Shown in pieces: positions 19,698 through 29,819 of a stretch of 64,000 nt of DNA. The notes under the pieces were generated by a model that made no database searches, had not been told where the DNA came from, and saw only the letters and a list, made by a program, of their open reading frames with translations. Origin of the DNA: an uncultured Aquimarina sp. (GTDB taxonomy: Bacteria > Bacteroidota > Bacteroidia > Flavobacteriales > Flavobacteriaceae). The position numbers and the translations under genes were made by a program. The stretch spans positions 61,310 through 125,309 of the forward strand of contig CANLEM010000007.1 of NCBI GenBank assembly GCA_947489685.1, written 5' to 3'. Position 1 is the stretch's first letter. The number at the start of each line of letters is the position of its first letter.

Positions 19698-20528
19698 ATG
19701 TTACGTAATTTTTTTTTAGGAATCCTTTTATTTGCATCAATATCCTCTGTTATTGCTCAAAAGAGTGTACATGATTATAAGTATGTTATTGTACCTAAAG
19801 AGTATGAATTTCTTAAGAGTGAAGATGCATATCAATTAAATTCACTTACTAAGTTTTTGTTTAATAAGTATGGTTTTAGTGCATTTTTGCAGGGAGATCA
19901 ATTTCCTGAGGACTTGGCGATAAATGGATGTATGGCGTTACAAGCTAATGTAAAAAAAGATTCAGGACTTTTTGTAACAAGACTTCTTGTGAGTTTAAGA
20001 GATTGTAACGGAAATGAGATTTTTGTGTCTGAAGGCGGACAGAGTAAAGAAAAAGAATATAAAACGGCATATCATGAAGCGCTAAGAAATGCATTTAAAA
20101 GTATAGAGAGACTGAAATATAAATATAATCAGAAGAAGCAAGAAAAGGAGGATGCAATTCCCGCAAAGGCGCCTGAAGTAAGTCAAAAGGAAACTACTCC
20201 AAGAAAAGATGTTGTAGTTGCAAAAGTAAAGGAGGAGGCTAAATCTACTGTTGTTTTACCCGAATCTCCGGAAGTATTACAATTTTCGTTTAACGGTAAT
20301 ACTTATAGGTTTAAGAAAACCGAATATGGGTTTGAAGTTTTTCAAAAGACATCGAGTCAAGATCTATCCATAGGAAAAATCTACAAAATGGAAAGAGAAA
20401 ATAGTTATCTCGTACAAGCAGGTAATTTAAGTGGAGGAGGATACTTTGATGGATTCAATAATTTTGTGCTCGAAAGAATTAACCCAGCAACAAGCAAATT
20501 GATTAAAGATATTTTGGCAAGAAATTAA
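19698..20528 (+). CDS. Secreted conserved hypothetical protein
   Basis: Signal peptide ending VIA-Q. N-domain (YKYVIVP...YQLNSLTKFLF, two Cys), a low-complexity K/E/P linker, and a second small domain. Confidence 0.75.
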   Translation: MLRNFFLGILLFASISSVIAQKSVHDYKYVIVPKEYEFLKSEDAYQLNSLTKFLFNKYGFSAFLQGDQFPEDLAINGCMALQANVKKDSGLFVTRLLVSLRDCNGNEIFVSEGGQSKEKEYKTAYHEALRNAFKSIERLKYKYNQKKQEKEDAIPAKAPEVSQKETTPRKDVVVAKVKEEAKSTVVLPESPEVLQFSFNGNTYRFKKTEYGFEVFQKTSSQDLSIGKIYKMERENSYLVQAGNLSGGGYFDGFNNFVLERINPATSKLIKDILARN

Positions 20529-20539
20529 TTCATCTAACC

Positions 20540-21823
20540 TTAATATCCATATTTATCCCCCCATCTAGATTTAAGAAAATTTCTAAATGAGTTTTCTCGC
20601 TGATTATCGCCGGGATCATATAATTTGGTGTCTTTAATTTCATCAGGAAGAAATTCTTGATTTACAAAATTATCTTTATGATTATGGGCATATTTATAAT
20701 CTTCTCCATAGCCCAGTTCCTTCATTAATTTGGTAGGAGCATTTCTAATATGTAATGGGATAGATAAATCACCAGTTTGTTTTACTAATTGTTGGGCTTT
20801 GTTTATGGCCATGTATGAAGCATTACTTTTTTGAGAAGTAGCTAGGTATACGGCACATTGACTTAATATAATCCTAGCTTCGGGGTATCCGATAGTGGTT
20901 ACCGCCTGAAACGTATTATTTGCCAGAATTAAAGCGGTTGGATTTGCATTACCAATATCTTCTGACGCCAATATGATCATTCTTCTGGCAATAAATTTTA
21001 AATCTTCCCCACCTTCGATCATTCTCGCCAACCAATACACTGCGGCATTGGGGTCACTGCCTCTAACCGATTTTATAAAAGCAGAAATAATATCATAATG
21101 CTGTTCTCCTGTTTTGTCATATCGTACAGTATTTTGTTGTACTAGTTTCGAAACAAGGTCATTGGTAATTACAATTGGATCTTGATCTTGGCTGGATACA
21201 ACAAGTTCAAAAATATTAAGTAATTTTCGAGCATCACCACCACTAAATCTTAATAAGATATCAGTCTCTTTTAAAACTATATTCTTTGATTTAAGATCAC
21301 TATCTTCTTTCATGGCACGATGTAATAAAGCTTCCAGTTCTTTTTTTCCAAACGCATTTAAAACATATACCTGGCAACGTGATAAAAGAGCAGGAATAAC
21401 TTCAAAACTTGGGTTTTCGGTAGTTGCTCCTATTAGAGTAATCCAGCCCTTTTCTACAGCTCCTAATAAAGAATCTTGTTGAGATTTACTAAACCGATGT
21501 ATCTCATCAATAAATAATATTGGATTTTTTGAAGTAAATAATCCACCGCTTTGTTTTGCCTTTTCAATAACGTCTCTTACTTCTTTTACACCACTATTAA
21601 TAGCGCTTAATGTGTAGAAAGGTCTTCCAGATTCTTTGGCGATAATATTGGCCAATGTGGTTTTACCCACTCCCGGAGGCCCCCAAAGAATTAACGAAGG
21701 AATAATTCCTTTTTTTATTTGTTGTGTTAGAGAGCCATCATCTCCAACCAAATGTTCTTGACTTAAGTAGGCAGATAACGATTCTGGCCGTATTCTTTCT
21801 GCCAAAGGCCGATTTGTATTCAT
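20540..21823 (-). CDS. rarA: Replication-associated recombination protein A (RarA/MgsA AAA+ ATPase)
   Basis: PLAERIRP, Walker A GPPGVGKTT, Walker B FIDEIHRF, IGATTENP, SAFIKSVRGSD and YKYAH. Confidence 0.95.
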   Translation of the reverse strand: MNTNRPLAERIRPESLSAYLSQEHLVGDDGSLTQQIKKGIIPSLILWGPPGVGKTTLANIIAKESGRPFYTLSAINSGVKEVRDVIEKAKQSGGLFTSKNPILFIDEIHRFSKSQQDSLLGAVEKGWITLIGATTENPSFEVIPALLSRCQVYVLNAFGKKELEALLHRAMKEDSDLKSKNIVLKETDILLRFSGGDARKLLNIFELVVSSQDQDPIVITNDLVSKLVQQNTVRYDKTGEQHYDIISAFIKSVRGSDPNAAVYWLARMIEGGEDLKFIARRMIILASEDIGNANPTALILANNTFQAVTTIGYPEARIILSQCAVYLATSQKSNASYMAINKAQQLVKQTGDLSIPLHIRNAPTKLMKELGYGEDYKYAHNHKDNFVNQEFLPDEIKDTKLYDPGDNQRENSFRNFLKSRWGDKYGY

Positions 21824-21829
21824 AGTTTA

Positions 21830-21837
21830 CAAAGTTA
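21830..21837 (-). promoter_or_regulatory. -7 element immediately before the rarA start codon
   Basis: The minus strand reads TAACTTTG-TAAACT-ATG. Confidence 0.55.
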
Positions 21838-21970
21838 CAAACCTTAAGGTAATATGCAGTAAGAAAAAGAGTTAATCAAAAGAGTAATTGTGTATATAGT
21901 ATGAGAATAGAGCCTGCCATTTTAGCGGGATTTCATGTTTTGGACTTTTTTTTGTTATATTTTTAGTACA

Positions 21971-22696
21971 ATGAACGAACAAAGAGATTTTTTTAAATTT
22001 AGTACGGGAGTTATTGGCTATCCATTGCTGTTCATATTATTAATTTGGATAGTATTTTGGTTTGAAGTGCGTTTTGGTTTTGATTTTAATCATTATGGAG
22101 TATATCCCAGAACAATTATAGGATTAAGAGGGGTGTTATTCTCACCTTTTATACATGCCGATATTACACATCTGTGGCATAATACATTGCCGTTACTTAT
22201 TTTGTCGATGGCTCTTTTTTATTTTTATAGGCATAATGCATGGAAAATCATACTCGTGGGGACATTATTAACAGGTTTGTCTACGTGGTTATTGGGGCGT
22301 CCCGCAAATCATATTGGTGCAAGTGGAGTGGTATATCTTCTGTTTGGTTTTCTTTTTTTTAAAGGAATTATTGCAAAACATTTTAGATTAACGGCACTGT
22401 CTTTTATAGTCGTATTCGTGTACGGAAGTATGGTTTTGTATGTTTTTCCGGTTGATCCTAAAATATCGTGGGAGGGGCATTTGTCTGGCCTTGTTGTAGG
22501 AGCATTATTGGCGTTTTTTGTAAAAAAGGGGATAGTGAAACCAAAAAAATACCAGTGGGAGTCACCAAACTATAATCCTGAAGATGATGAATTTTTAAGG
22601 CATTTTGACGAAAACGGTAATTTTATCGAGAATGTGCCTGATGAGAATGATATTGAGGTGATTTATGAGTATAAAGATGATAAAGATAAGGAGTAA
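21971..22696 (+). CDS. Rhomboid family intramembrane serine protease
   Basis: HLWHN, catalytic GASG, and WEGH in TM6. Start is probably ATG 21971. Confidence 0.9.
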   Translation: MNEQRDFFKFSTGVIGYPLLFILLIWIVFWFEVRFGFDFNHYGVYPRTIIGLRGVLFSPFIHADITHLWHNTLPLLILSMALFYFYRHNAWKIILVGTLLTGLSTWLLGRPANHIGASGVVYLLFGFLFFKGIIAKHFRLTALSFIVVFVYGSMVLYVFPVDPKISWEGHLSGLVVGALLAFFVKKGIVKPKKYQWESPNYNPEDDEFLRHFDENGNFIENVPDENDIEVIYEYKDDKDKE

Positions 22697-22715
22697 GCAT
22701 ATTTTTGTAATAGAT

Positions 22716-23450
22716 TTATAAACGTTGTCTAATAGCTTCATACAAGAAAGCTCCGCAGGCTACTGAAACGTTTAAAGAACCTATTTCGCCATACATAGGC
22801 AGTTTAGCTTTTTGATCTACTAATTTTAGTACTGAATTGGATACACCTTTACCTTCGCTACCCATAATAATTGCGGAGGGAGTATTTAGGTTTATGTTGT
22901 AAATGGTATCTGATGCTTTTTCGGTTGCAGCAATAACTTGCATACCCGAACCTTGTAGATAAAACATTGCATCTTTAATGTGATCGACCTTACAAATAGG
23001 AATTTTAAATACGGCACCTGCCGATGTTTTTATAGTATCTGCATTAACGGGTGCACCACCCTTTTTCTGAATAATAATACCATGAACTCCAGTACATTCT
23101 GCAGTGCGAATAATAGCTCCAAAGTTACGGACATCAGACAATTGGTCCAAAATTAAAAACAATGGTACGTCGCCAGATTCTATAACCTGCATTACCAAAT
23201 CCTCTAAGTTATGAAACTCAATAGGAGAGATGTAAGCCACTACTCCTTGATGGTTTTTTCTGGTTAATCTATTCAATTTTTCTATCGGTACATAAGAGAA
23301 GGGAATGCTATTCTTTTTTAATAAACCCATAAGTTCTTTAGATAAATCTCCAGATAGGCCTTTTTGAATAAATAATTTATCAATGGTTTTACCAGAGTTA
23401 ATGGCTTCGATTACGGCCCTAATACCAAAAACTTGAGATTCGTTTTTCAT
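22716..23450 (-). CDS. rlmB: 23S rRNA Gm2251 methyltransferase (TrmH/SpoU family)
   Basis: FGIRAVIEA, NHQGVVA, DVRNFGAIIRTA, MGSEGKG and SLNVSVA SPOUT motifs. Confidence 0.92.
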   Translation of the reverse strand: MKNESQVFGIRAVIEAINSGKTIDKLFIQKGLSGDLSKELMGLLKKNSIPFSYVPIEKLNRLTRKNHQGVVAYISPIEFHNLEDLVMQVIESGDVPLFLILDQLSDVRNFGAIIRTAECTGVHGIIIQKKGGAPVNADTIKTSAGAVFKIPICKVDHIKDAMFYLQGSGMQVIAATEKASDTIYNINLNTPSAIIMGSEGKGVSNSVLKLVDQKAKLPMYGEIGSLNVSVACGAFLYEAIRQRL

Positions 23451-23549
23451 TTTTAAACTTAATTTTTTAAATAGTAAATGGAATTTGCTTGGTTGGTATT
23501 AATAGTAAGAAAGGTTACAGTTTAATAGAAAACTCCATGTGATAGGCGA

Positions 23550-23557
23550 CAAATATA
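23550..23557 (-). promoter_or_regulatory. -7 element for rlmB
   Basis: Reverse complement is TATATTTG, just downstream of the susD terminator. Confidence 0.55.
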
Positions 23558-23562
23558 GGCAT

Positions 23563-23597
23563 AAAAAAACATCCCTCTGAAATTTTCAGAGGGATGT
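23563..23597 (-). terminator. Intrinsic terminator of the distal susC/susD pair
   Basis: 13-bp stem ACATCCCTCTGAA/TTCAGAGGGATGT with a U-run on the minus strand. Confidence 0.88.
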
Positions 23598-23641
23598 CTA
23601 TAATTTATATAAAGTGTTTTTACAACAACTCTAACCTAATC

Positions 23642-25108
23642 CTAGTTCTGGAAGAACATTGGAGTAGTTAATGCTTCAACACCTGGAGCATTAGGGTTAG
23701 AAGTAACTTCACTTAATGGAATTTGATATCTGTTGATATTACCAGTAAGAACAGTTCCTGTAATAGGCTCGTAAGCCGGAACTTGGTTTCTTCTAATCGT
23801 AGTCCAAGACTCAGCATGTCTCATAAAGTCTGCAACATAGTGCTCTTCATGAATTTTTCTTAATGCATCAGCTTGGCTATCTCCAGCAATAGAACCTCTT
23901 GCAGAAGCCATATAAGTGGCTTTGTCAGCAGCAGGAACTTCATTTACAAGGCCATCATAACGACCTAAAGAAGTCATTATACCCGCTTGGTAAAAAGTAT
24001 CAGCAGCAGCTTGACCTCCAGAGATAAATCCTAATAAAGCAGCTTCAGCTAAGTAAAAGTTAGTCTCAGGTGCAGTAGCATATCTGTCTGGTAACGTAGC
24101 GATAATAACATCATCCGATACCTGAGAGAATTGAGCTGTATCCAAAATTAAAGAACCTTGTGGTTGACCAGCAAAGCCTCCGCCGTCTAACTCATTAAAA
24201 TAAGCAGATCTTCTTGGATCGTTATTGTTATTCATTAAAGTTACTAAAGTAGAACCACCAGAGTAGAAGTTTTGGTTACCACCTGCAAACTGTACAATTA
24301 ATGTAAAGATTGGGTTTTGGTTACCAGCAGCATCTAGGTAATCAAGTTTAGCTTCTTGCGAATTAGCAGTAATCATTGGTTGCGTAGATAAAGCTTGTAA
24401 GTCAGCCGAAACTGAAGCAGGATCAACGTTAGCGATTAGCATTAAAGCTTTTAATTTAATAGAGTTACCAAAACGTATCCAATTTTCTCTATTACCACCA
24501 AAAACTAAATCACCACCGTCAACAATGTCAGTATCTGTAGCTAATTCAACTAATGCCTCGTCTATTAAACCAGGAATACCTCTTAGAACATCTTCTTGAC
24601 TATCAAAGTTAGGATTAGGAAACTCATCTACCTGAATTGCTTCGCTAAATGGAATATCACCAAAAACTTGAGTCAAATTCATATATACAAAAGCTTCAAG
24701 AACTTTAGCCTGACCAATTACATTTCTAGCAGTAGGATTATTACGCTCAGTAAGAATTCTCATCTGTGATAAGTTTCTTAAAGCAGTAGTATAGTTACCT
24801 ACCCAGATATTATTAACTGTGTTAGGACCAATTGTACCTCTTTCTGGGTTACGGAATACTCCGAAGTTAGCAGAAAAAGACCATTGCTGAGAATGCGTAC
24901 TCATCTGAAACTGTTCTACAGTTCTGTTAGCCGTAATACCACCTAATAAAATTTCTGGCATTAATAATGCTGGATCTATTTCTAGTGCAGCAAGTGGATC
25001 AGTGTTAATACCTTCAATCGAATCCTCACATCCTGTAAAAAGGATCGCGGACATAACAACGAAAAGTATACTGATCTTATTTATAAGAATATTTTTCATT
25101 TTTTTCAT
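23642..25108 (-). CDS. SusD/RagB family outer-membrane lipoprotein (pair 1)
   Basis: Lipobox LFTG-C, FGDIPFSEA, W..FGNSIKLKAL and RYQIP motifs. Directly follows susC. Start is ATG 25108 or 25099 rather than 25171. Confidence 0.92.
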   Translation of the reverse strand: MKKMKNILINKISILFVVMSAILFTGCEDSIEGINTDPLAALEIDPALLMPEILLGGITANRTVEQFQMSTHSQQWSFSANFGVFRNPERGTIGPNTVNNIWVGNYTTALRNLSQMRILTERNNPTARNVIGQAKVLEAFVYMNLTQVFGDIPFSEAIQVDEFPNPNFDSQEDVLRGIPGLIDEALVELATDTDIVDGGDLVFGGNRENWIRFGNSIKLKALMLIANVDPASVSADLQALSTQPMITANSQEAKLDYLDAAGNQNPIFTLIVQFAGGNQNFYSGGSTLVTLMNNNNDPRRSAYFNELDGGGFAGQPQGSLILDTAQFSQVSDDVIIATLPDRYATAPETNFYLAEAALLGFISGGQAAADTFYQAGIMTSLGRYDGLVNEVPAADKATYMASARGSIAGDSQADALRKIHEEHYVADFMRHAESWTTIRRNQVPAYEPITGTVLTGNINRYQIPLSEVTSNPNAPGVEALTTPMFFQN

Positions 25109-25109
25109 T

Positions 25110-28100
25110 TTAAAAATTTGCTTGTATGTTAAATCCGAAACTTCTTGTAGTTGGTACACCACCTCTTTCAATTCCTTGTAAGTTACTTGCAGAACCTCCT
25201 AACCCAGCTTCTGGATCGATATGAGGTACATCAGAATTAAAAATTGCAAGGTTTCTACCTTCTAATGCAATTTGTAGAGATTTTATAGGTGTACTTTTAA
25301 GAATTTGTGCTGGGAATGTATATGCCAAACTAATTTCTCTCCATTTGATAAAAGTAGCATCAAAAATATTTCCCTCTACAACACTCGCATTTGCAAAACC
25401 ACCCCAGTAGTCTTGAACACTACTAATAGGAGTTGTATTTGGCGCAACGATTGTAGAACCATCAGGATTAACGCCTGTAGCAACAAATGTATTTGGATCA
25501 ACAAAAACTTCTCTGTTATTTGCGCCAGTTTCTTCAGCCAAACCTGTTCTTCTTAACTGTCCAACAGTGTTAGAGAATATTTTACCACCTTCTCTGTAGT
25601 CAAAAGTAGTAGATAATCTCCAGTTTTTATATCTAAAAGTAGAAGTAATACCCATAGTATAATCAGGGAAAATATCTCCTAATTCTGCAGATTGACCAAC
25701 TTGACGAATACCATTAGCATCAACCAATATTTGATCGTCGATATCGTTTCCTTGTGCATCTACAGCTCTTAACCAACGTGGACCAAATAATTGAAGGCTT
25801 TCTCCTTCTACCGCTCTTACCGCGATACCATTAAATCCAGTAGCTAGGTTTAATGCTCCTCCTGGTAAAGCTCCAAGATCGTCAACCTTAAACTCGTTAG
25901 TAGTAAAGTTGTAATCTACATCCCAACTAAAATCATCAGTTTGTATAACTTTTGCGTTCAATTGTAATTCAACACCTTTATTACTAATCTTACCTACATT
26001 AGTAAGGAATCCTGCAAAACCTGATGTTTGAGGTGTAGGAACCGTTACGATTTGATCTTCAGTAAAGTTTTCGTAATATGTTGCATCAATAAATAATCTG
26101 TTGTTAAAAAGACCTAATTCAACACCTACTTCAAAGTTTTCCTGATTTTCTGGCTTAAGATTTTGATCTGCCAAGTTTCCATCAGAGTTAAATGCTAACT
26201 GCCCATCAAACGGGAATGTACCACCTTGACCAAATTGTTGGAAAAAGGCAGTGTCAGGATTAAACGTAAAATCTAAAAGGAAAGATGCAGTATCTACACC
26301 AACATTTGCCCAAGAACCTCTTAATTTACCATAGCTTAAGAAATCACTCTGGATGTCTAAAGCGTCAGAGAATACCCAACTTAAAGATACAGATGGATAG
26401 AAGAAGCTATTGTTATCTAGTGGTAAAGTTGAAGACCAATCGTTACGACCAGTAACATTCAAAATTAACCAGTTCTTATAATCTAAAGTTATGTCTCCAA
26501 ATGCACCAAAGATTCTTTGTAATCTAAAGTCTTTGAAAACTGAATTTACCTCAGCATTACCCGGATCAAATAATTCAGGAACTGTTAGGTTAGTACCAGT
26601 ATTTTGCAAACGATCTATAACTCTTTCATTCCATTGCATACCACCTCTTACAGTAAGATTAAATGCATCTGAAAGCGATTTGTCATAAGTTGCAATAAGG
26701 TCTAATGTTACCTCACGTCTTTTGATGAAATCATCAACAAAACTTCCTCGTAAAGCTCCAATAGTTCCGATACTGTTTTGAATCAAACGTTGATCAGTAA
26801 ACGTATCATAACCAGCTCTACCTAAAATATTAAAGTTTTCTGTTGGGCTATATTGTAATGACGCATTACCAAAGAAACGCTCTACTTGAGTTTGAGTAGC
26901 ATTTTGACGAGCAATAAACAATGGATTGTTTTGCTGTCCACCTGGATCATTAATTTGATTTCCAAACTCATCTACATCTTGCTCAAATAAAGAGAAATCA
27001 GTAACTCTTGATAATCCATTAACGATATTAGTTAATACGTTAGGATCATTAGCTCCTTGTGCAGCTGTACCTACTGTGTTTGTTCTAACATAGTTTACAG
27101 TAAATCTAGAGCTTAACTTATCAGTAAATTCTTTACCAGAGTTTAAACCAATGTTTGTTCTGTTTAAAGAAGAATTAGGGATGATACCTTGTACATCAGT
27201 GTAAGCTACACTTAATCTGTAATCATCTCCATTTTGACCAGCTCCTGCAACAGTTAAACTGTTAATAGAAGTGATACCTGTGTCATAAAAATCTTCAACT
27301 CCATCTTCAAAAATTCTGAAAGGAGTATTATTATCTTGAAGGTTTACAAAAGTTTGACCTGCCAAAGATGGATCATCGATAGCTGGACCCCAACCTGCAG
27401 TAGTTTGATCTCTTTCATTTTGAGTAAAATCATATACTCCCTGATCACCACTAACAAATCTGTTCTGGAAATCTGGTAATCTTAAAGGAGAATCAAAACG
27501 AAGACTTGAGTTAAAGCTTATACTCGCTGATTGTCCTTGTTTACCTTTTTTGGTAGTAATGATAATAACCCCAGCAGATGCTCTAGATCCATATAGTGCG
27601 GCAGCAGAAGCTCCCTTAAGCACGGATATAGATTCTATATCATCTGGGTTGATATCCTGAGCTCTGTTTCCAAAGTCAAATCCACCAGTAATTCTAGATC
27701 CCGTAGCAATATTCGAGTTAGAAATTGGTACACCATCTACCACAAATAATGGCTGCTGGTTTCCTGTTAAGGAAGAAATACCACGAATAAGGATTCTTGT
27801 AGAACCACCTACGTTACCACTCTGATTTTGAATAACAACACCTGAAGTTTTTCCTTGTAGTGCACCAAGTAAATTGGTTTCTCTAACTTCATTAAGGTCT
27901 TCAGATTTGATCGTAGATACTGCATAACCAAGAGATCTAGCAGAACGCTCGATACCTAATGCAGTTACAACTACTTCTTCAAGTTCTGAAGCCGACGCCG
28001 CTAATTGAACATTAACGTTGTCACTGTCACCTACTACAACTTCTTTAGTTGTGAAACCAACATAACTGAAACTTAATACAGCACCTTTATTTGCGGCAAT

Positions 28101-28286
28101 ACTATAATTACCATCAAAATCGGTCTGTGTTCCTCCAGCTGTGTTTTTCACAACGATATTTACCCCTGGTAGCGGTAACCCTCTGTCATCGGTTACATTA
28201 CCTGAGATTGTTTTTTCTTGTGCAAAAGTAATTTGCACAACAAACGCCAAAAGTAGCGTTAAAATTCCACTAAACTTTGTTCTCAT
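25110..28286 (-). CDS. SusC/RagA TonB-dependent transporter (pair 1)
   Basis: Signal ending TFA-Q, N-terminal extension, TonB-box region LEEVVVTALG, plug motifs PLFVVDGVP, DINPDDIESISVLKG and LYGSRASAGVIIITTK, and C-terminal FGFNIQANF. Confidence 0.97.
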   Translation of the reverse strand: MRTKFSGILTLLLAFVVQITFAQEKTISGNVTDDRGLPLPGVNIVVKNTAGGTQTDFDGNYSIAANKGAVLSFSYVGFTTKEVVVGDSDNVNVQLAASASELEEVVVTALGIERSARSLGYAVSTIKSEDLNEVRETNLLGALQGKTSGVVIQNQSGNVGGSTRILIRGISSLTGNQQPLFVVDGVPISNSNIATGSRITGGFDFGNRAQDINPDDIESISVLKGASAAALYGSRASAGVIIITTKKGKQGQSASISFNSSLRFDSPLRLPDFQNRFVSGDQGVYDFTQNERDQTTAGWGPAIDDPSLAGQTFVNLQDNNTPFRIFEDGVEDFYDTGITSINSLTVAGAGQNGDDYRLSVAYTDVQGIIPNSSLNRTNIGLNSGKEFTDKLSSRFTVNYVRTNTVGTAAQGANDPNVLTNIVNGLSRVTDFSLFEQDVDEFGNQINDPGGQQNNPLFIARQNATQTQVERFFGNASLQYSPTENFNILGRAGYDTFTDQRLIQNSIGTIGALRGSFVDDFIKRREVTLDLIATYDKSLSDAFNLTVRGGMQWNERVIDRLQNTGTNLTVPELFDPGNAEVNSVFKDFRLQRIFGAFGDITLDYKNWLILNVTGRNDWSSTLPLDNNSFFYPSVSLSWVFSDALDIQSDFLSYGKLRGSWANVGVDTASFLLDFTFNPDTAFFQQFGQGGTFPFDGQLAFNSDGNLADQNLKPENQENFEVGVELGLFNNRLFIDATYYENFTEDQIVTVPTPQTSGFAGFLTNVGKISNKGVELQLNAKVIQTDDFSWDVDYNFTTNEFKVDDLGALPGGALNLATGFNGIAVRAVEGESLQLFGPRWLRAVDAQGNDIDDQILVDANGIRQVGQSAELGDIFPDYTMGITSTFRYKNWRLSTTFDYREGGKIFSNTVGQLRRTGLAEETGANNREVFVDPNTFVATGVNPDGSTIVAPNTTPISSVQDYWGGFANASVVEGNIFDATFIKWREISLAYTFPAQILKSTPIKSLQIALEGRNLAIFNSDVPHIDPEAGLGGSASNLQGIERGGVPTTRSFGFNIQANF

Positions 28287-28938
28287 TTTACAATTTATTT
28301 GAATTAGCCAGCTCCAAAAATGATAATAATATCTTTATAAAACAACTTTTTACTATTAAAATTTGAATTATTGCCGTAACCAGATTAATTAATTGTAAAC
28401 TCTTGCTAAAACGTTATAGTAGGGGGTGTGCGAAAAAAAGAAGGTTCTTTTTTAGTTATATTAATGCTGTTTTTTGACATCTTTAATGATGTGTTTTTGT
28501 ATTTGTAAATGCACGAATATTTTGTTTAATTTTATGAATATCTGAAAATTAGATGCTCATTCGAGTTTTGTTTCATTGATTTAAAAAGATACAATACAAT
28601 AAATATTACATATTAATAGAAAATACACCTTATTATCTTATTTTAAAGTGTTAGAACTTCTTGATTCTTAGTTTTTGTTGAAGTACCTTGTTTGTTGAGG
28701 GGTATAGAAGAGAAAGAAAGTCAATGTTATTTTTGCAGGTTACTAAGCGGTATTTTAATACCTGTATATTATAAAAGTATAGATGTTGAAACTACAGCTT
28801 AATCATTCTACATTATCTAAGATGTACTTAATCATATCAAACAAACTTATTTTATGCTATGAAATTGAAAGAAATAAGAGTTAAATACCTGCATCAAAAA
28901 TAAATATTATCGGTAACAATATAATAGGTCGATTTGAT

Positions 28939-29691
28939 TTACTGAGGTGGGATAACATCATCTTTGTTACTAAACTCAAGTATTTTTTTTATGTCATCTT
29001 CATTTTTGTACGATAGATTGTTGGATTTGACATAATCATCAAGAGCCGATATTGAAATATTTTCTTTAGCCAAATCGGCAATAAGTTTCTTTTTCAATTT
29101 AAAAGGAGTAATAGTAGCACCTTTCTTTATAAAATAAGTTTCCATTTTTTTGATTCTATTTTGACTGCGATTTAGCATAGGATCAGGTGAACTCTCGATA
29201 ATTTTTAAAGAATATTTTTTCAAAATTGAAAACCTAGAGTTTTCATAGATAACCTGAAACACTTTTTCTTCACCTTCAGATGGGTTAAAAATAGATTTAA
29301 ACTCTTTACCGTTTACAATGACTTTATCTATAGTTTTAAAATTAAAAATATAGATAGAGTCTCCTTCAATTTGCGACATGAATTGTTCTTTGCGAATATT
29401 GAAGTTAAAGTTGGAGAAAGTATAACGTTTCTTATTATTCAATTTTATAATAGTCTTATTATTCCATGTGTCAAATAAATACACAGATCCATCTGTTTTT
29501 TCTGATCCAGTGGATGTGTTGTCGAAAGAAGCAAAACTTCCACTTAAAATTGCAGCTTGTCTTCTGAAATTGTTAAATTGGATAGGTTGCCCAGCTGCAC
29601 CAGTGTTAAAATCTGTTGATGTTAGATTTTGGCCATACATGCAACCAATTATAAAAAATAATACTACAGCAATTATGGATGAATTTTTCAT
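28939..29691 (-). CDS. Secreted hypothetical protein
   Basis: Signal ending MYG-Q and a GSVYLFDTW motif. Similar proteins often flank SusC genes in Bacteroidota. Function unknown. Confidence 0.75.
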   Translation of the reverse strand: MKNSSIIAVVLFFIIGCMYGQNLTSTDFNTGAAGQPIQFNNFRRQAAILSGSFASFDNTSTGSEKTDGSVYLFDTWNNKTIIKLNNKKRYTFSNFNFNIRKEQFMSQIEGDSIYIFNFKTIDKVIVNGKEFKSIFNPSEGEEKVFQVIYENSRFSILKKYSLKIIESSPDPMLNRSQNRIKKMETYFIKKGATITPFKLKKKLIADLAKENISISALDDYVKSNNLSYKNEDDIKKILEFSNKDDVIPPQ

Positions 29692-29819
29692 AATAGAATA
29701 ATTTGTGGTTGTGATAGATGTGCTTTAATCCTAAATTAAAGCAAAATATTGATCAGCATTAAAATTACGAAACTTTATCCAGACCATAAGAGTACTTAAC
29801 GTTTGAGATGTTTTATTCG

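Noticed and set aside
28330-28938. Hidden small protein or sRNA in the 650-nt AT-rich region upstream of susC1
   Set aside because: I found only ORFs under 10 codons and no stable GC stem or terminator. It is best explained as a regulatory region (see the palindrome finding).
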